DNA of 64,000 nucleotides from contig NC_134030.1 of NCBI RefSeq assembly GCF_964204645.1, positions 20,358,210 through 20,422,209 of the forward strand, given 5' to 3'. The DNA comes from Tubulanus polymorphus. Its lineage: Eukaryota; Animalia; Nemertea. Of this stretch, positions 25,406 through 37,400 are shown piece after piece. Under the pieces are notes generated by a model that searched no databases, was not told where the DNA came from, and saw only the letters and a list, made by a program, of their open reading frames with translations. The position numbers were made by a program, and so were the translations under genes. The stretch's first letter is position 1. Each line of letters starts with the position of its first letter.

Positions 25406-26124
25406 AAGCGATGAGCTCTTCTACATAAGAGGCTGTACAGACCTACCACTTCTTTGCTTAATAAACTACTCTAGAGTAATTGAGCTCGACTAAAATTGGT
25501 AGGACTACCACTTTTAGAGCTCAATTACTCGGAAGAATATCAAATCGGAATGGTTTCGAGTTTATTTTCATTCAATTAGGGCTAAGTATAGTCTAGTACC
25601 TAGCCGGGAACCGTAACAACGACTGGTATTCAGACTAGGCTATTAGTAAAGAGATATCAAGAAGCTTTATTTGATGCACGCTTGAAAGAAATTAACTAAA
25701 TCGCAGTTAACAAAATGACCTGCCCGATTAGGAAAAACCAGCCCAAACCACTATTCAAGATGTTATATTTTGGCGACAATTATTACTGTACGAAGGCAGC
25801 TACCCGATGCGGAGTAATCCTCGGTGTCGACGTGAGAGCATCGCGCCTTGATATAGATTCAGAGGTTTGGATATTGTCGGAGCCACGACTTATTGAGTGC
25901 GATCATTTTTCAGAAAGACTGAGACCATGCGTGATTAATCCATTATTCGAAATACAATTTATTTGTTATATTTTTATAAGATTTAAATAGTTTTTCCAAC
26001 ACATTGTAGTTTCTAAGAGTAACATTAGCAGTAAGTTTGAAATGAATTGGTTATGTCGCATGCGATAATATCGGAGCGCTCCTTAAGATCGCTGACAATT
26101 TCCTCGGAGGCGTCCATCGTTAAA

Positions 26125-29100
26125 ATGGCCGACGAAGACGACGCTAATTTAGACGCGGGATGGATCGCACGACAGCGGGTAGGCCGCCGCATGATGATAC
26201 ATCCTCAATATATTATACATTTATAGAAACTAGAAAAGCAAACCTCCAAGAATTTTCTTTAGAAATTATTTGCCACGAACGGTATTTCTTGCAATCAGGA
26301 ATTGATTGATTGACATATCATTGACATTTGATAAAAAAGTGTTTTTTTAGTGTTTTTTGATATTATCAAAAAACTCTGAAAAAACACTTTACCCCTGGGC
26401 CCTACTGCCTACAGTTATGTGCCCATTTATATGATTTTCAACTCAAGGCCTTTAAACTGATTTAGGCTTAGGCCTATGACTTTGGTAGGCTGCGCTGTTT
26501 ACAGGACATAGGCCTACCGGGCTGGGGCCAGTTGCTCAAAAATTGGTTAAAGATAACCACAGTGGATAGATACCATAGCAGCAATGATACTTCAATTGTC
26601 ACTATGTAACCTACTTTTGAGCTACTGGCCCCAGGGTAGTGACAGTTAGTTAACCGTTAGTTAGTAAGCCCGTCATTACAAATTTTGTCAATGTCTCATG
26701 AAGACTTGTCTTGAATGAGTCCATTGTAATGTCAGTGACAGTCACTCCACCGCTCCCCATAACTCGGCCGGGAAGACTGTTCCAGGCCAAGGTTCAACTA
26801 GGCTACTTTAGTTAAACTTGCTGGGAAACGAAAAAAGAAAACTATTTGACTTGTCACAATATCTATCAAAACTGACCAATCCCATTATCCATGCGAAATT
26901 TTTTTAAACTTAGCAGTAGCCCGGAAACTGGACCGATACCCCAGTCATTGGTCCTATAATTAAGGCTAACCCACTAATTCTATAGTGAAATCTCTTTCGT
27001 GTAATGTTACTGTTAGGCTCTTTCTTATAAGATTAATTTCTGGAATTTGATAATCCTAATACACGGGAATCTTTTGATTGTAAGTCGTTTCTATTTTATT
27101 GATAGGATGGTAGTTTTTCCGCTGTTGAAGCCGTAGCCAGTCTGGAAGGTAAGCAGCTGTACAATAGTTAGGGTTTGGCCTACTTCGATGGCTTTCATAA
27201 ATATCATGTGTACTCCCGCACTGAGGGGCTAATTTTGAAGCATTTCGATGTCAAAAAAGGCAACTTTAAGCGTAGGCCTACTCCCTGAAATACGCTAATT
27301 ATCCTTTGACATAATGATTTGGTGATTATACCCTCAAAAGCCCCTCAAACCCCCCAAATTTCAAATTGATACTCCTGTAGGAACCCTGATGAAAAAGGGC
27401 ACCCTGGAAAGTTTGATGGACTTGTACAAGTTTCATAATTCCCCCTGGATCCGCGCCTGGGTCACATTCAAAACCACCGCATGACGCGAAATTTTTACAA
27501 GTGAAAATTGTGAATTTTCTGCAATATCGATCGAAACCCGGTGAAAATGTCATCGAGAAAAAATAAAAACCTTCAATGAATTAAACCGGTGTGTACGCTT
27601 CATCGGAAATCCTTGCTTGTCACAGTAAAACCCGTTTAGATTTACTAATCGGTTGAAGAGGTCTTTGTGGAACATTTCGATTACCTCAAAGAATTTATCG
27701 ATCGTGAGTTCATCTTTTATGAACAGGTGATTTGAAAATAGAAACCTTTAAAGCCGCATATGTAAGCTTCAAGCCTGCCTGGGATTTTATCCAAAATCCT
27801 TGTCATCCTATTTAGATTTACTAATTGGTAGTATTAGAGATCCTTGTGGAACATTTCGAATACCTCCATGACAAAGATTTATCTGCCTGTTTCGATCGTG
27901 AGTTTATTTTCTATGAACAGGTGATTTGAAAATAGAAGCGACGAGTCCGACGAATTTCAACCAGCGTTTTTCGTTTTCTCGCACGAGCAGCACCGGATCT
28001 ATTCACGGAATCGGAACGACTTCGTCGGCGTCGTCTGCTCATAATTCAGGTAAAATCAGCCGCCGTTTCTGTCGCATTTTACCAGGCATCAGTTGCTCAG
28101 AAGTGGTCACAGTTAGCCATTGGATAGATGTTGTAGTGAAAATTGAAATTGTGTGGTATTTCGTCTACCAGTTAGGCCTCACTCTAACCAACTTTTCAGC
28201 AACTGATGCCTGGTTATTGAATGTTGTAGTACAGGGTCGGGTCTAGGAAAATTGGAAGGCCAGGGTTCAGAAGAAAAGGTGTTTCCAGGATAAAGCAGCT
28301 CTGTCAACAGCCACTAGCGGGGACCAATCCTCTGGATTTAGATATTATCGAAGAAATCTAATCTATATGACGCAGATGCTGATAGGATTAAGTGTCAAAT
28401 TAGCATGATTTTACAATCTGTCTTGACGAAAAGGGCAACTTCACTGTGAAGGCAGGGATCTCCTCCACCCCTGAGACTGCCACCTAAATCTGACCGTGTA
28501 GTGACGATGAGTTAATGCGATGTTTTGTATTATTAAAGATGATGATGATGACAGCGATAGCAGTAAACAGCCGATGTCTTATAAAGATCGACGCCGTGAA
28601 GCTCATACGCAGGCTGAACAAAAAAGACGTGACGCGATTAAGGTTAGTATTATGAGTTAAAGCATCCTCCCTTTGTAGCTCAGTGAGATAAGGCGTGATG
28701 ATGCTGTTGCATCCACTATCAGTGCCGAGTGACAAGTGGGTTCGAGTCCTGTTGACTGCTTACATTGTGCGAGCAACACCTCAAAGGCCGTCTCGTCATG
28801 AGGTGAAATGAAAAATCCAGTAGGGTTAGTTTTTGGAAACCAAGATCGTAAAGGCAAACTAACAATGGATTACTGATAGGATTACTGAGTTAACTGAGGA
28901 TTTTATTCTAGAGTATACTTTACGAATCTGAAATGGTGATCACATTCCTGGAAAGTTTTCTGTAGCTAAGCTCAGATGGCTCTACTCCGAAAGCTTAGCG
29001 AGATGTTTCATCTACGTTGTAACGAGATAGTTTCGTTCATTTCTTTTCAGAAAGGTTACGATGATTTACAAAATCTTGTGCCTTCATTCCAACAATCGGA

Positions 29101-31481
29101 TGGACTGACCGGACAGAAAGTCAGCAAGGCGACTATATTACAAAAATGTGAGTACACATTTTCACTGAAATTTCACTGACAAACCATAAATGGAACCTGG
29201 GCTAAAATAGAATAGAATATCTGATTGGGGCGCATGCAGCTGCGCTTTTGGGCTAATCGGGTACAGTTTCGCCTGGGGAGGACAATGTGTAGCCTACAGT
29301 AATTTATGCAAGTATCAATTTGCTGTTTGTAACCAGCCCTTCACAATTTGATGTCTGGACAATTCTGTATTCAATGCATCAATATAATAGTTATATATGT
29401 AGACAGCGGATGTTCCAAACGGCTATTCTTTCTTAAGTACTCATGCCTCGGGTCGATGCGCGAGACCTGGTGAAGTTTTGACAGTTTTTTCTTGGCTGGC
29501 TAAAAACTGTCACTTGCGGGGATGATTTAAGAACGGACCGAACCGCTGTGTTAACAGCGACCCTCGAGTAATGTTCGCGCGTTTTTCGTTACATTTCAGC
29601 GATCGATTACATTCAATTTCTCGTGAATCAGAAGAAAAAACAAGAAGAAGAATTGGATTCACTGAGAAAAGAAGTGATGGCGCTGAAAATCATGAAAGCG
29701 TAAGTGAAAAAAATCAGACCAAACTGTAATTTACTGACTCAACGCTTTAAATTTGGGTAATTTTCTTTTGAAAATTCAGGGAATAGTTGGGGAATTTCGT
29801 AAAAACGAAGCTAAAAATTAGGGAAAAGTCACAGGGAAATTGGTTGTGATTGTAAGATCGCGCGTAAAATGCGACTGTTTTCATCTAGGCTATGTCTTGC
29901 ATATTTGTTAATTGATTGGATTCTTAGCAGATCAAGTCAGGGAAAACGAAGTGCTTGTCAGGGAAAAAGCAAGTCAAATAAAAGTGGCCATCCTGATCAT
30001 GTTAGACAGCAATCAGTCATAGCTTACTACTGCCAGACTTTCCTGCAGGTCCTTGACTATATTTCGAAACTCTAACTTCGAAGCCGACTTGTATGACTTC
30101 TGTATCTTACTGCAGGAACTATGAACATATCGTAAAAGCCCACAAGAATACGCCTGTACACGGACAGAACCAGGTCTCGGATGAAGTGAAATTTCAAGTC
30201 GTAAGTATTTCTTTAGTCAACTGCACTACTGACCCTCCTCTTAGTCAGCCATACCTGAAGGGTGAGCAGGCACCATTTTGTTTTAAGATAATTTAGCCAG
30301 GCCCTTAATTTTCACAAAGAAAGTGCTTGCTCATTACAAAATGTTGACATCCAAAATTACTTACGGTTTCAACGAAGTATGTAGTGGATTAGGACGAGGT
30401 CGTCCTATGATAGTAGAGGTGTCACTGGCTTACAAAAGTGCTAAAAACTGCTTACTTTTGCCATAAAAAGTGCTAAAAACTGCTTACTTTTGCCTTAAAA
30501 AGTGCTTAAAACTGCTTACTTTTGCCTTAAAAAGTGCTTAAAACTGCTTACTTTTGCATCAGTCTTACTACCATGAACCCGGTCTGATGCGATTTAGAAA
30601 AAAAACCAAATTCATGATTTCTGATTTCAGTTCAAACAAATGATGGATTCGCTGTTTACGTCGTTCAACTTGTCGATATCGGTGGCTAATTTTGCCGAAC
30701 TGTCCGGTTGTGTATTCTCGTGGCTAGAGGAATATTGCAAACCCCACGTACGTATAAAGAAACTTATCATTTCAAAGAGTCGGCTGCTGTTCTTGTACTA
30801 TTGTTGTACGAGTTCACAAGGCGATAATAGCCGTTTCACAAGCGTGGCGTAGCAATTCATGTCTCTCGATAAACTGAGATTGATCTTCGCGTTTCGAATC
30901 TGGGATGATATTAACCCTTTCAATGCTGACTTATTAATACCCTTGTAGTGCTGGAGATAATTTGAAAATTTTGAATAAATCCACTCCAGTATGTTGAACA
31001 ACGGGAATAGCACTATAGTCTACACCGCGGTGCGGTGTATCGTTAGTTACTGATATTTCACTATGTTTGACAGGTGCTGCCATCTTTCAAGAGAGATAAT
31101 TACTAATTACATCAATACACCGCAGTGCGGTGTACTAGCAAAATCCATCACTGATTTGTACACCGCACTGCGGTGTAGACGCACTGAAAGGGTTAAGGAT
31201 TTCTGAATCCGTCAGATTACTAATGAAGTCACTTTGTTCTGACTATATTCTGTAATGCAGTGAATATAGTTTAGATCCCGCCTGCAATTTTAGAAATTAT
31301 CGATAGATTTCAATACTGCCACCTGGTGGATCTAAGCGGAATCCTCGAGTCCTCATTGCGGAGAATGTGCAATAATCAATTGCGTTTATCGTGTTTTCGG
31401 TTTGTTTTTCAGTCGTTGCGCCATCTATTGATGGATATTCTCGGTACGGTCAACAAGCAATTGCCGAAACCGCCGTCCTGA
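26125..31481 (+). CDS. MLX: Max-like protein X (bHLH-ZIP, Mondo/ChREBP partner), 9 coding exons, 265 aa
   Basis: Exons 26125-26178, 27106-27148, 27921-28049, 28539-28642 (SYKDRRREAHTQAEQKRRDAIK), 29051-29147 (KGYDDLQNLVP..QKVSKATILQK), 29600-29699 (SIDYIQFL..KKKQEEELDSLRKEVMALKIMKA), 30116-30200 (NYEHIVKAH..QVSDEVKFQV), 30631-30747 (FKQMMDSLFTSFN..FAELSGCVFSWLEEYCKPH, Mlx C-terminal DCD region), 31413-31481 (TGA). Total 798 nt, phases consistent. AATAAA at 32232-32237. Confidence 0.95.
26525..26631. mobile_element. Harbinger-like palindromic MITE (GGGCCAGTTGCTCAAAA); relatives near 1225-1343, 9042-9175, 28086-28210
   Basis: CTG|GGGCCAGTTGCTCAAAA...TTTTGAGCTACTGGCCC|CAG. Confidence 0.78.
30434..30557. 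repeat. About 33-bp tandem repeat, nearly 4 copies, in an MLX intron
   Basis: aaaagtgct(t)aaaactgcttacttttgcc(a/t)ta units. Confidence 0.92.
30915..31192 (-). mobile_element. piggyBac-like MITE copy in the last MLX intron
   Basis: TTAA|CCCTTTCAATGC ... GCACTGAAAGGG|TTAA, reverse orientation. Confidence 0.85.
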
Positions 31482-32549
31482 TTTTACTGATGACAAATGA
31501 TGAAATCGATAAACAGACGATTGTGACACTTATCTCACAATTTATTGCATCAATTTGATTCGCGAACTTTTGAAATATGGATTAATTTCAATACACGGAT
31601 ATATCAAATTGTAAATAATGAAGAACATATTTTCTTGTACCCTGAAGTTTGTTGTAACGCGGTTCTACTTTGTATAGAACCGCTAAACTGGGTCCGAAGT
31701 TCGGTTTTACCCTAGTGATGGGCAAAAACCGGGGCAAAAACAGCTGAATGATTTTGGGATAGGTCTGGCGGGAACTGAGGAGGACCTCAAGATTTCGGGG
31801 GTGAGGGGCTTATAGGCAAACAAAGTCGGATCTTGGATTCTTTGAAGGGGTGTACCTGAAAATTGTAAATGACAGATCTGGCAATGCAAGGGCTCGTACG
31901 CAGATCAAATTCAGCCACCAACCTACACGGAGAAGCACTTTCTATGATTAAAATTTTGAGGAGGCAAAATGTTGGGAGCCCTCCTGCTCCACAGTGCCTG
32001 TATGTTCACATAATCTCTGGTACTTGATCCATCTCTGGGGTTGTCGTGTACATTAAGATATTGCCCATCGGGCGAATGTTGTGAAGTTTTATTCATTTTA
32101 AAGTGATAATTTATCGTAACTTGTTATCGCAATATTTCAATTGCAGTTTGAAAGATTTCAGTTCGCGTGAAATCATTGAAAAATTGATATTTATGTATTC
32201 AATGTATCAATAATATGCGGTTATTGATGTCAATAAAGTTTGCGTTTTGTAAAACTGAAGAAATATCTGTCATCAATTCCTTGGATGCCAATTCAATCTA
32301 AACTTGTTAAACATGTACATTAATTTATTTTCAAACATCGACTATTTTTGTCCACCACGTGATGATTTTGTCTGTAGCATTGATTTTTGGCATTTCAGTA
32401 GGTTCCAGTTATCGCTGGTGTGAACCTAATTTCGTAGACTAAAATTAGAGGAACATGAACTCGTCATGGTTTGGATGTAATAGGCTATTTGCAACCTCGT
32501 TTTGCGAGGGTTTGGTTTTCTCCCGATCGAGAGTACGTTAACACAAATA

Positions 32550-32828
32550 AACTACAAACACCAGACAACACATTTTATGAGCACACTTTCAAAAACTGAT
32601 CGTCCACACTTCACATGTGTTCAGTGCTTCACCTGAGACATTTCTAATTGAAAATGAACTACAAACACCAGACAGACATTTTATCAGCACACTTTCAAAA
32701 ACAGATCGTCCTCACTTCACATGTGTTCAGTGCTTCACCTGAGACATTTCTAATTGAAAATGAACTACAAACACCAGACAGACATTTTATCAGCACACTT
32801 TCAAAAACTGATCCACACTTCACATGTT
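32550..32828. repeat. About 107-bp tandem repeat, about 2.6 copies; related sequence at 19400-19550
   Basis: aactacaaacaccagacagacattttatcagcacactttcaaaa..cacttcacatgtgttcagtg units. Confidence 0.85.
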
Positions 32829-32833
32829 TTCAT

Positions 32834-32990
32834 TCTATCCGATTTACAAATGAAAGTTGTTCGAACATCCTCGATTTGACACGGAAATCGAACCCAGTTC
32901 GCCGATCCTCGTGGATTATTCAGTATCATCACCATACACGGCATATTAACGTTATGTAGCGGTTGTTTTCGGTCCTTGAATAACTTATGA
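32834..32990 (-). pseudogene. Paralogous fragment of the C-type lectin exon
   Basis: Closely matches about 49163-49330 (..CMVMILNNPRGSANWVRFPCQIEDVRTTFICKSDR). Confidence 0.75.
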
Positions 32991-33494
32991 TCACCGCTCT
33001 AATCTAAATCTTAGACCAATTGCCATCCTCGCTTGCCAGGGGTCCGGTATCACTCCCGAACTCGCTTCCACCAGCCCCCTGGCCTCACAACGCGTGATTT
33101 CATTACTGGCGCTGTTGCGCATGACGTCATATATCGATTTGCGAAATACTTCCTTGTTCAGTTAAACGTTCGCTGATTGGTCCATTTAACGGGAAAACCA
33201 ACAGAAGTCTACTGTCGTTTGTTACAAGCGCTGTGATTGGTACGACCGGATTCTGGTCGGCTAGTAACGACTCGTGAGGTCAAGGGGTTCGGCGAACAGC
33301 TTTAGCGTAGTGGGTTCGAATCCCTTGACGGGTGAAGATGACCAATTGCTGGCTAAGAGTCACTTCATTGACACATTACCTAACTCTTAATGGTCCAGTG
33401 GACAGGCATGGATTAGTGCCGGCTATCGCCACAGCGCCCCCGTGACCTCAATTTTCAGCGGATAGTCGAGGGAAGCAGCTATAGGTGCATTCAA

Positions 33495-33620
33495 CAAGAA
33501 AATTAATTTTAGAAAATTATTTGACGCCTGGGGAAAAAATGTAGAATTTCTGGGCTAAGCTAATGTGGAATTGCAAATTTGAAATCGAAGTTTTAAGAAA
33601 TTTGGGGAATGATGAGATTT
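33495..33620 (-). pseudogene. Paralogous fragment of the 3' end of the LDLa exon
   Basis: Matches about 47939-48060 (gctaatgtggaattgcaaatttgaaatcgaagttttaagaaatt shared). Confidence 0.7.
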
Positions 33621-33897
33621 GGCGATTGGGTAGATGATACAGGTCTTCGACTCTAGGGTTTAAATTTTTTTATTGAAAATTCTCAATTGATCGCGAACTT
33701 GCGACCGACTTCATTTACTTATGCCTCTAAGCTGGTCTGCAACTTCATTGCCTCCATGGATGAAGAAAGAGCTCTTCTGATGTCTGCTTCATCACGACTT
33801 CGAGCATATCGTGTGGCCTAGCCAGCCGGCCCGGTCCCCGGGCCCGGGCCACGGGTTTGGCTGTCACTCGATATCCTAGAGTCTTGAGTCTGGGTGG

Positions 33898-34206
33898 TGT
33901 CGCGAATATATCATTCGGCGTATATGGCTGTATTTATGTTGTAGTTTTCATTCATGGTTGTTGTATCATATCAATCCATATAATTCATGTGATAATCCCT
34001 TTTCAGTACTGTACAGGTTGTTTACTAGATTCTATCCAATAGTTGTACAGATTTGACACAATGTAATCTCAATATCATTTATATGAACGTATGGGCAGAA
34101 TAAATCAGGGCTGTTATAGATCTTTCAACGATAAGGAAGTCTCGTCGTTCGTAGTCGTTTTCTCTCGGACCTAGGGAATTCTTTGGAGTCCTCGATAGTA
34201 TGGACA
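33898..34206 (+). repeat. 5' LTR
   Basis: Direct repeat of 39844-40152; TG...CA ends; internal AATAAA. Confidence 0.97.
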
Positions 34207-34409
34207 TTTTGGTCCCTCGAGCAGCGGGATTTGTTTTCGGTTGCAAACAAAGTATTATTGGTTGTTTTGCGGTGATTTCGACGACGATAATTCGACGAGA
34301 AACTTCAACTCGACGGTGAAAACTCGAAACTCCAACAAACCGGTTGGGTGATATCTACTTGCGGTACAGCATTAATCACGACGTCTGGAGTGCTGAAGTC
34401 AACTAAATC

Positions 34410-37400
34410 ATGGCCACCGAGGAGAAAGAGATGAGACGAATTCAGCGCGGACAGTTCACAAAACTAAGAATCCAGTGCGAGAACCACATCAAAGATAACC
34501 AGGCTGTTCAGGGTACGTGTGTTTTAGCTACTCTTAAAAAGAAATTATCTCAATTGGAGCAACTTGACCTTGAAATATATGCAAAGTGTGGTCTCGCGGG
34601 TTCAGCCTACGAGAATTTAATCGTCCAGTCAGATGACATTATAAATAGTCATCATATGAAACTTACGGAGATGGAGCTCGCATTAAATGAACTATCAATT
34701 CAATCTCGATTCGTTCCTTCCGAAACCGCTTCAGCATCATTTACTTCTACTAGCAGTTTATCGTTACCGAAACTTCAAATACCAAAATTTGATGGCGATA
34801 TATTGCATTGGCAATCCTTTTGGGATTTGTTTATTTCGGCTGTGGACAAACAAACAAAACTAAGTGAAATCGAAAAATTTAATCACCTTAAATGTTTGGT
34901 GATTAAAGATGCGTCGACAGTTATTGAAGGTCTTTCGTTGACATCAGAGAATTATAATTCCGCTAAGTCGATGCTTGTAGCTAGATTCGGTCGACCACAT
35001 AGGATCAGTGAGGCCTACTTAGATGCGTTGATTAACCTCGAAGCACCGTATTACGATTTACGTTCGCTTCGCACGTTTTATGAGACGATTGAGCAGAAGA
35101 TACGGAGCCTTGAAGCTCTGGGTATCGAAACTAATTCTTACGGAACATTGTTAGTGCAAATAATTCGAAATAAACTTCCGAAAGAAATAATTTACAACAT
35201 CAGCCGGGATCACGGTAATGGTAAATGGAATCTCTTTGAGTTAAGAGCTGCTTTATTACGTGAAGTAGAAATCCTCGAAACCTGCCAAGATTCATCAGAT
35301 TTGAATTCAAATTTCACTACTACTCTACAGGTACAAGCGAGGAAGTTAGAGTGTCTTTTCTGCAAAGGGGAACATCGGAACAACGACTGCACTGTCGTCA
35401 AGCAGCCTGATGCTAGATTAGGAATTGTGTTTAAATCACGTTTGTGTTTTAACTGCCTGGGGAAGCACCGTTCTAACAGTTGTAGGTCTAGTTTTCGTTG
35501 TAGAATTTGCCAATGTCGACACCATACTAGTTTATGTGGTGCGTCCATGTTTCAGTACCGTCAGAGTCAGAATCAAAATAACGCTGACAGAAGTAAAACA
35601 ACTTTTTCTAACGATGCTTCTTCCAAGAGTGACAATGTCAACGATAATCCTTCCGCAATGCCTGTCAACGATTTTCCTGCGTTGAATTCCAAGGCTGATA
35701 AACCAAAATTCAAACAACGCTCTCTTATGACAAACAGCGGCGGTGGGGCTAACGTTCTGTTAAAAACAGCGGTAGCGCGGGTGTGCTCGTCGTACAATGG
35801 ATCGATCCGCTCAAATTTATTGTTTGACGATGGCTCGCAACGATCTTTTATTACAAAAGAATTGGTTGAGAAATTATGTTTGAAGCCTCATAAGCAGGAA
35901 TATTTAGATTTGTCGGGTTTCGGTGCTGCCACTGGGTTTAACAAGACAGTAGATATAGTTAGGGTTGACGTGATATGCAACGATAACACTCAGGTCCAGG
36001 TAGAAGCAGTCGTGGTACCCTTTATTACGAGACCTATGTCTGTTCATGGAATTGATCAAATTGATGAGTTTAAATCTTTAGAGCTAGCTCATTCTCGTGA
36101 ATTCTATTCAAATGCATTCAGCATTTCTATTTTGATAGGCGTTGATTTTTATTACCAGTTTGTACTAGGGAACGACTTCGTGGTTTCGTCAATTGGTCCT
36201 ATAGCTGTGCCTACAAAGTTGGGTTACCTAGTTTCCGGTCCACAAGCGGCTTACTGTTTGCAGGTGAACGCAGATTCAGTGGATGAAATTGGGCAAAACT
36301 CTATTAAGAAATTCTGGGATCTAGAATTAATTGGGATTAGACCACCAGAAACTGATCCGTATTTGGACTGGTATTGTGATAATTGTATCTCTTTTGATAA
36401 CGGTATATATAATGCGCGATTACCATGGAAGTCTGAACACGGGCCTTTGCCTACCAATTACAATGTCGCTAAAGCGCGCACTAGGTCCACAGCCAGGAAG
36501 TTATCTAAAACCCCAGGATTGTTAAAACAATACAATGATATCATAACCGAACAGTTATCACGCGATTTCATCGAGTTAGTTGATGATCCTGGAGTTTTAG
36601 TGTCTTCTGGTTGCGTTTCTAGGGAACATTACATTCCTCACCACGGCATTTTCAAACAATCTGCTACAACACCCTTGCGGATTGTGTTTGATTGTAGTTG
36701 CAGAGCGTCAAGGAATTCAAATTCTTTGAACGATTGTTTAGAGGCAGGAACACCTCTATTAAATGATATAACCAGTATACTATTGCGATTCCGACTATTC
36801 AAGTATGGTATCATTACTGATATTGAGAAGGCATTTCTCCACGTCGGGCTTCATGTAGATGATAGGGATGTTACACGTTTTTTCTGGCTCCGCGACCCAT
36901 TAGATCCTGAGGGTGAATTCAATATTTATAGGTTTAAGCGGGTACTTTTTGGAGCAACTTGTAGTCCGTTCATGCTTAACAGCACCCTATTCTATCATCT
37001 ACGATGTAATGATACTCCTCTCTCACAGCAGCTTCTACGCGATCTTTATGTAGATAATATCGTCACTAGCGTCGACAGCATTTCTGGTTGTGTTGATTTG
37101 TATTCGGCTTCTCGCACTCTCTTTGCGGGTGCGAACTTTAATCTACGCTGTTGGTCGTCGACTTGCTCAGATCTGCGTGAAGCTGCTGGGAGGGAGGCTG
37201 TTTTGGAACGGTCAAACAGTGTCAAAGTTTTGGGTATAAAGTGGGATGTCAACCATGACAGTCTTACACTGCTTTATGACAACCTTTCCAGTGTAGCACC
37301 TATTACTAAACGTTTGATTCTCAGTAATATTTCCAGTGTCTATGATCCGTTCGGTTTTCTTACACCAATTACAGTTCAATCGAAAATTCTAATGCAAGAC

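Noticed and set aside
35820-35850. Protease motif DDG instead of D(S/T)G as a sign of inactivation
   Set aside because: The catalytic Asp and following SQRSFIT are intact, and D-x-G variation occurs in BEL/Pao proteases.
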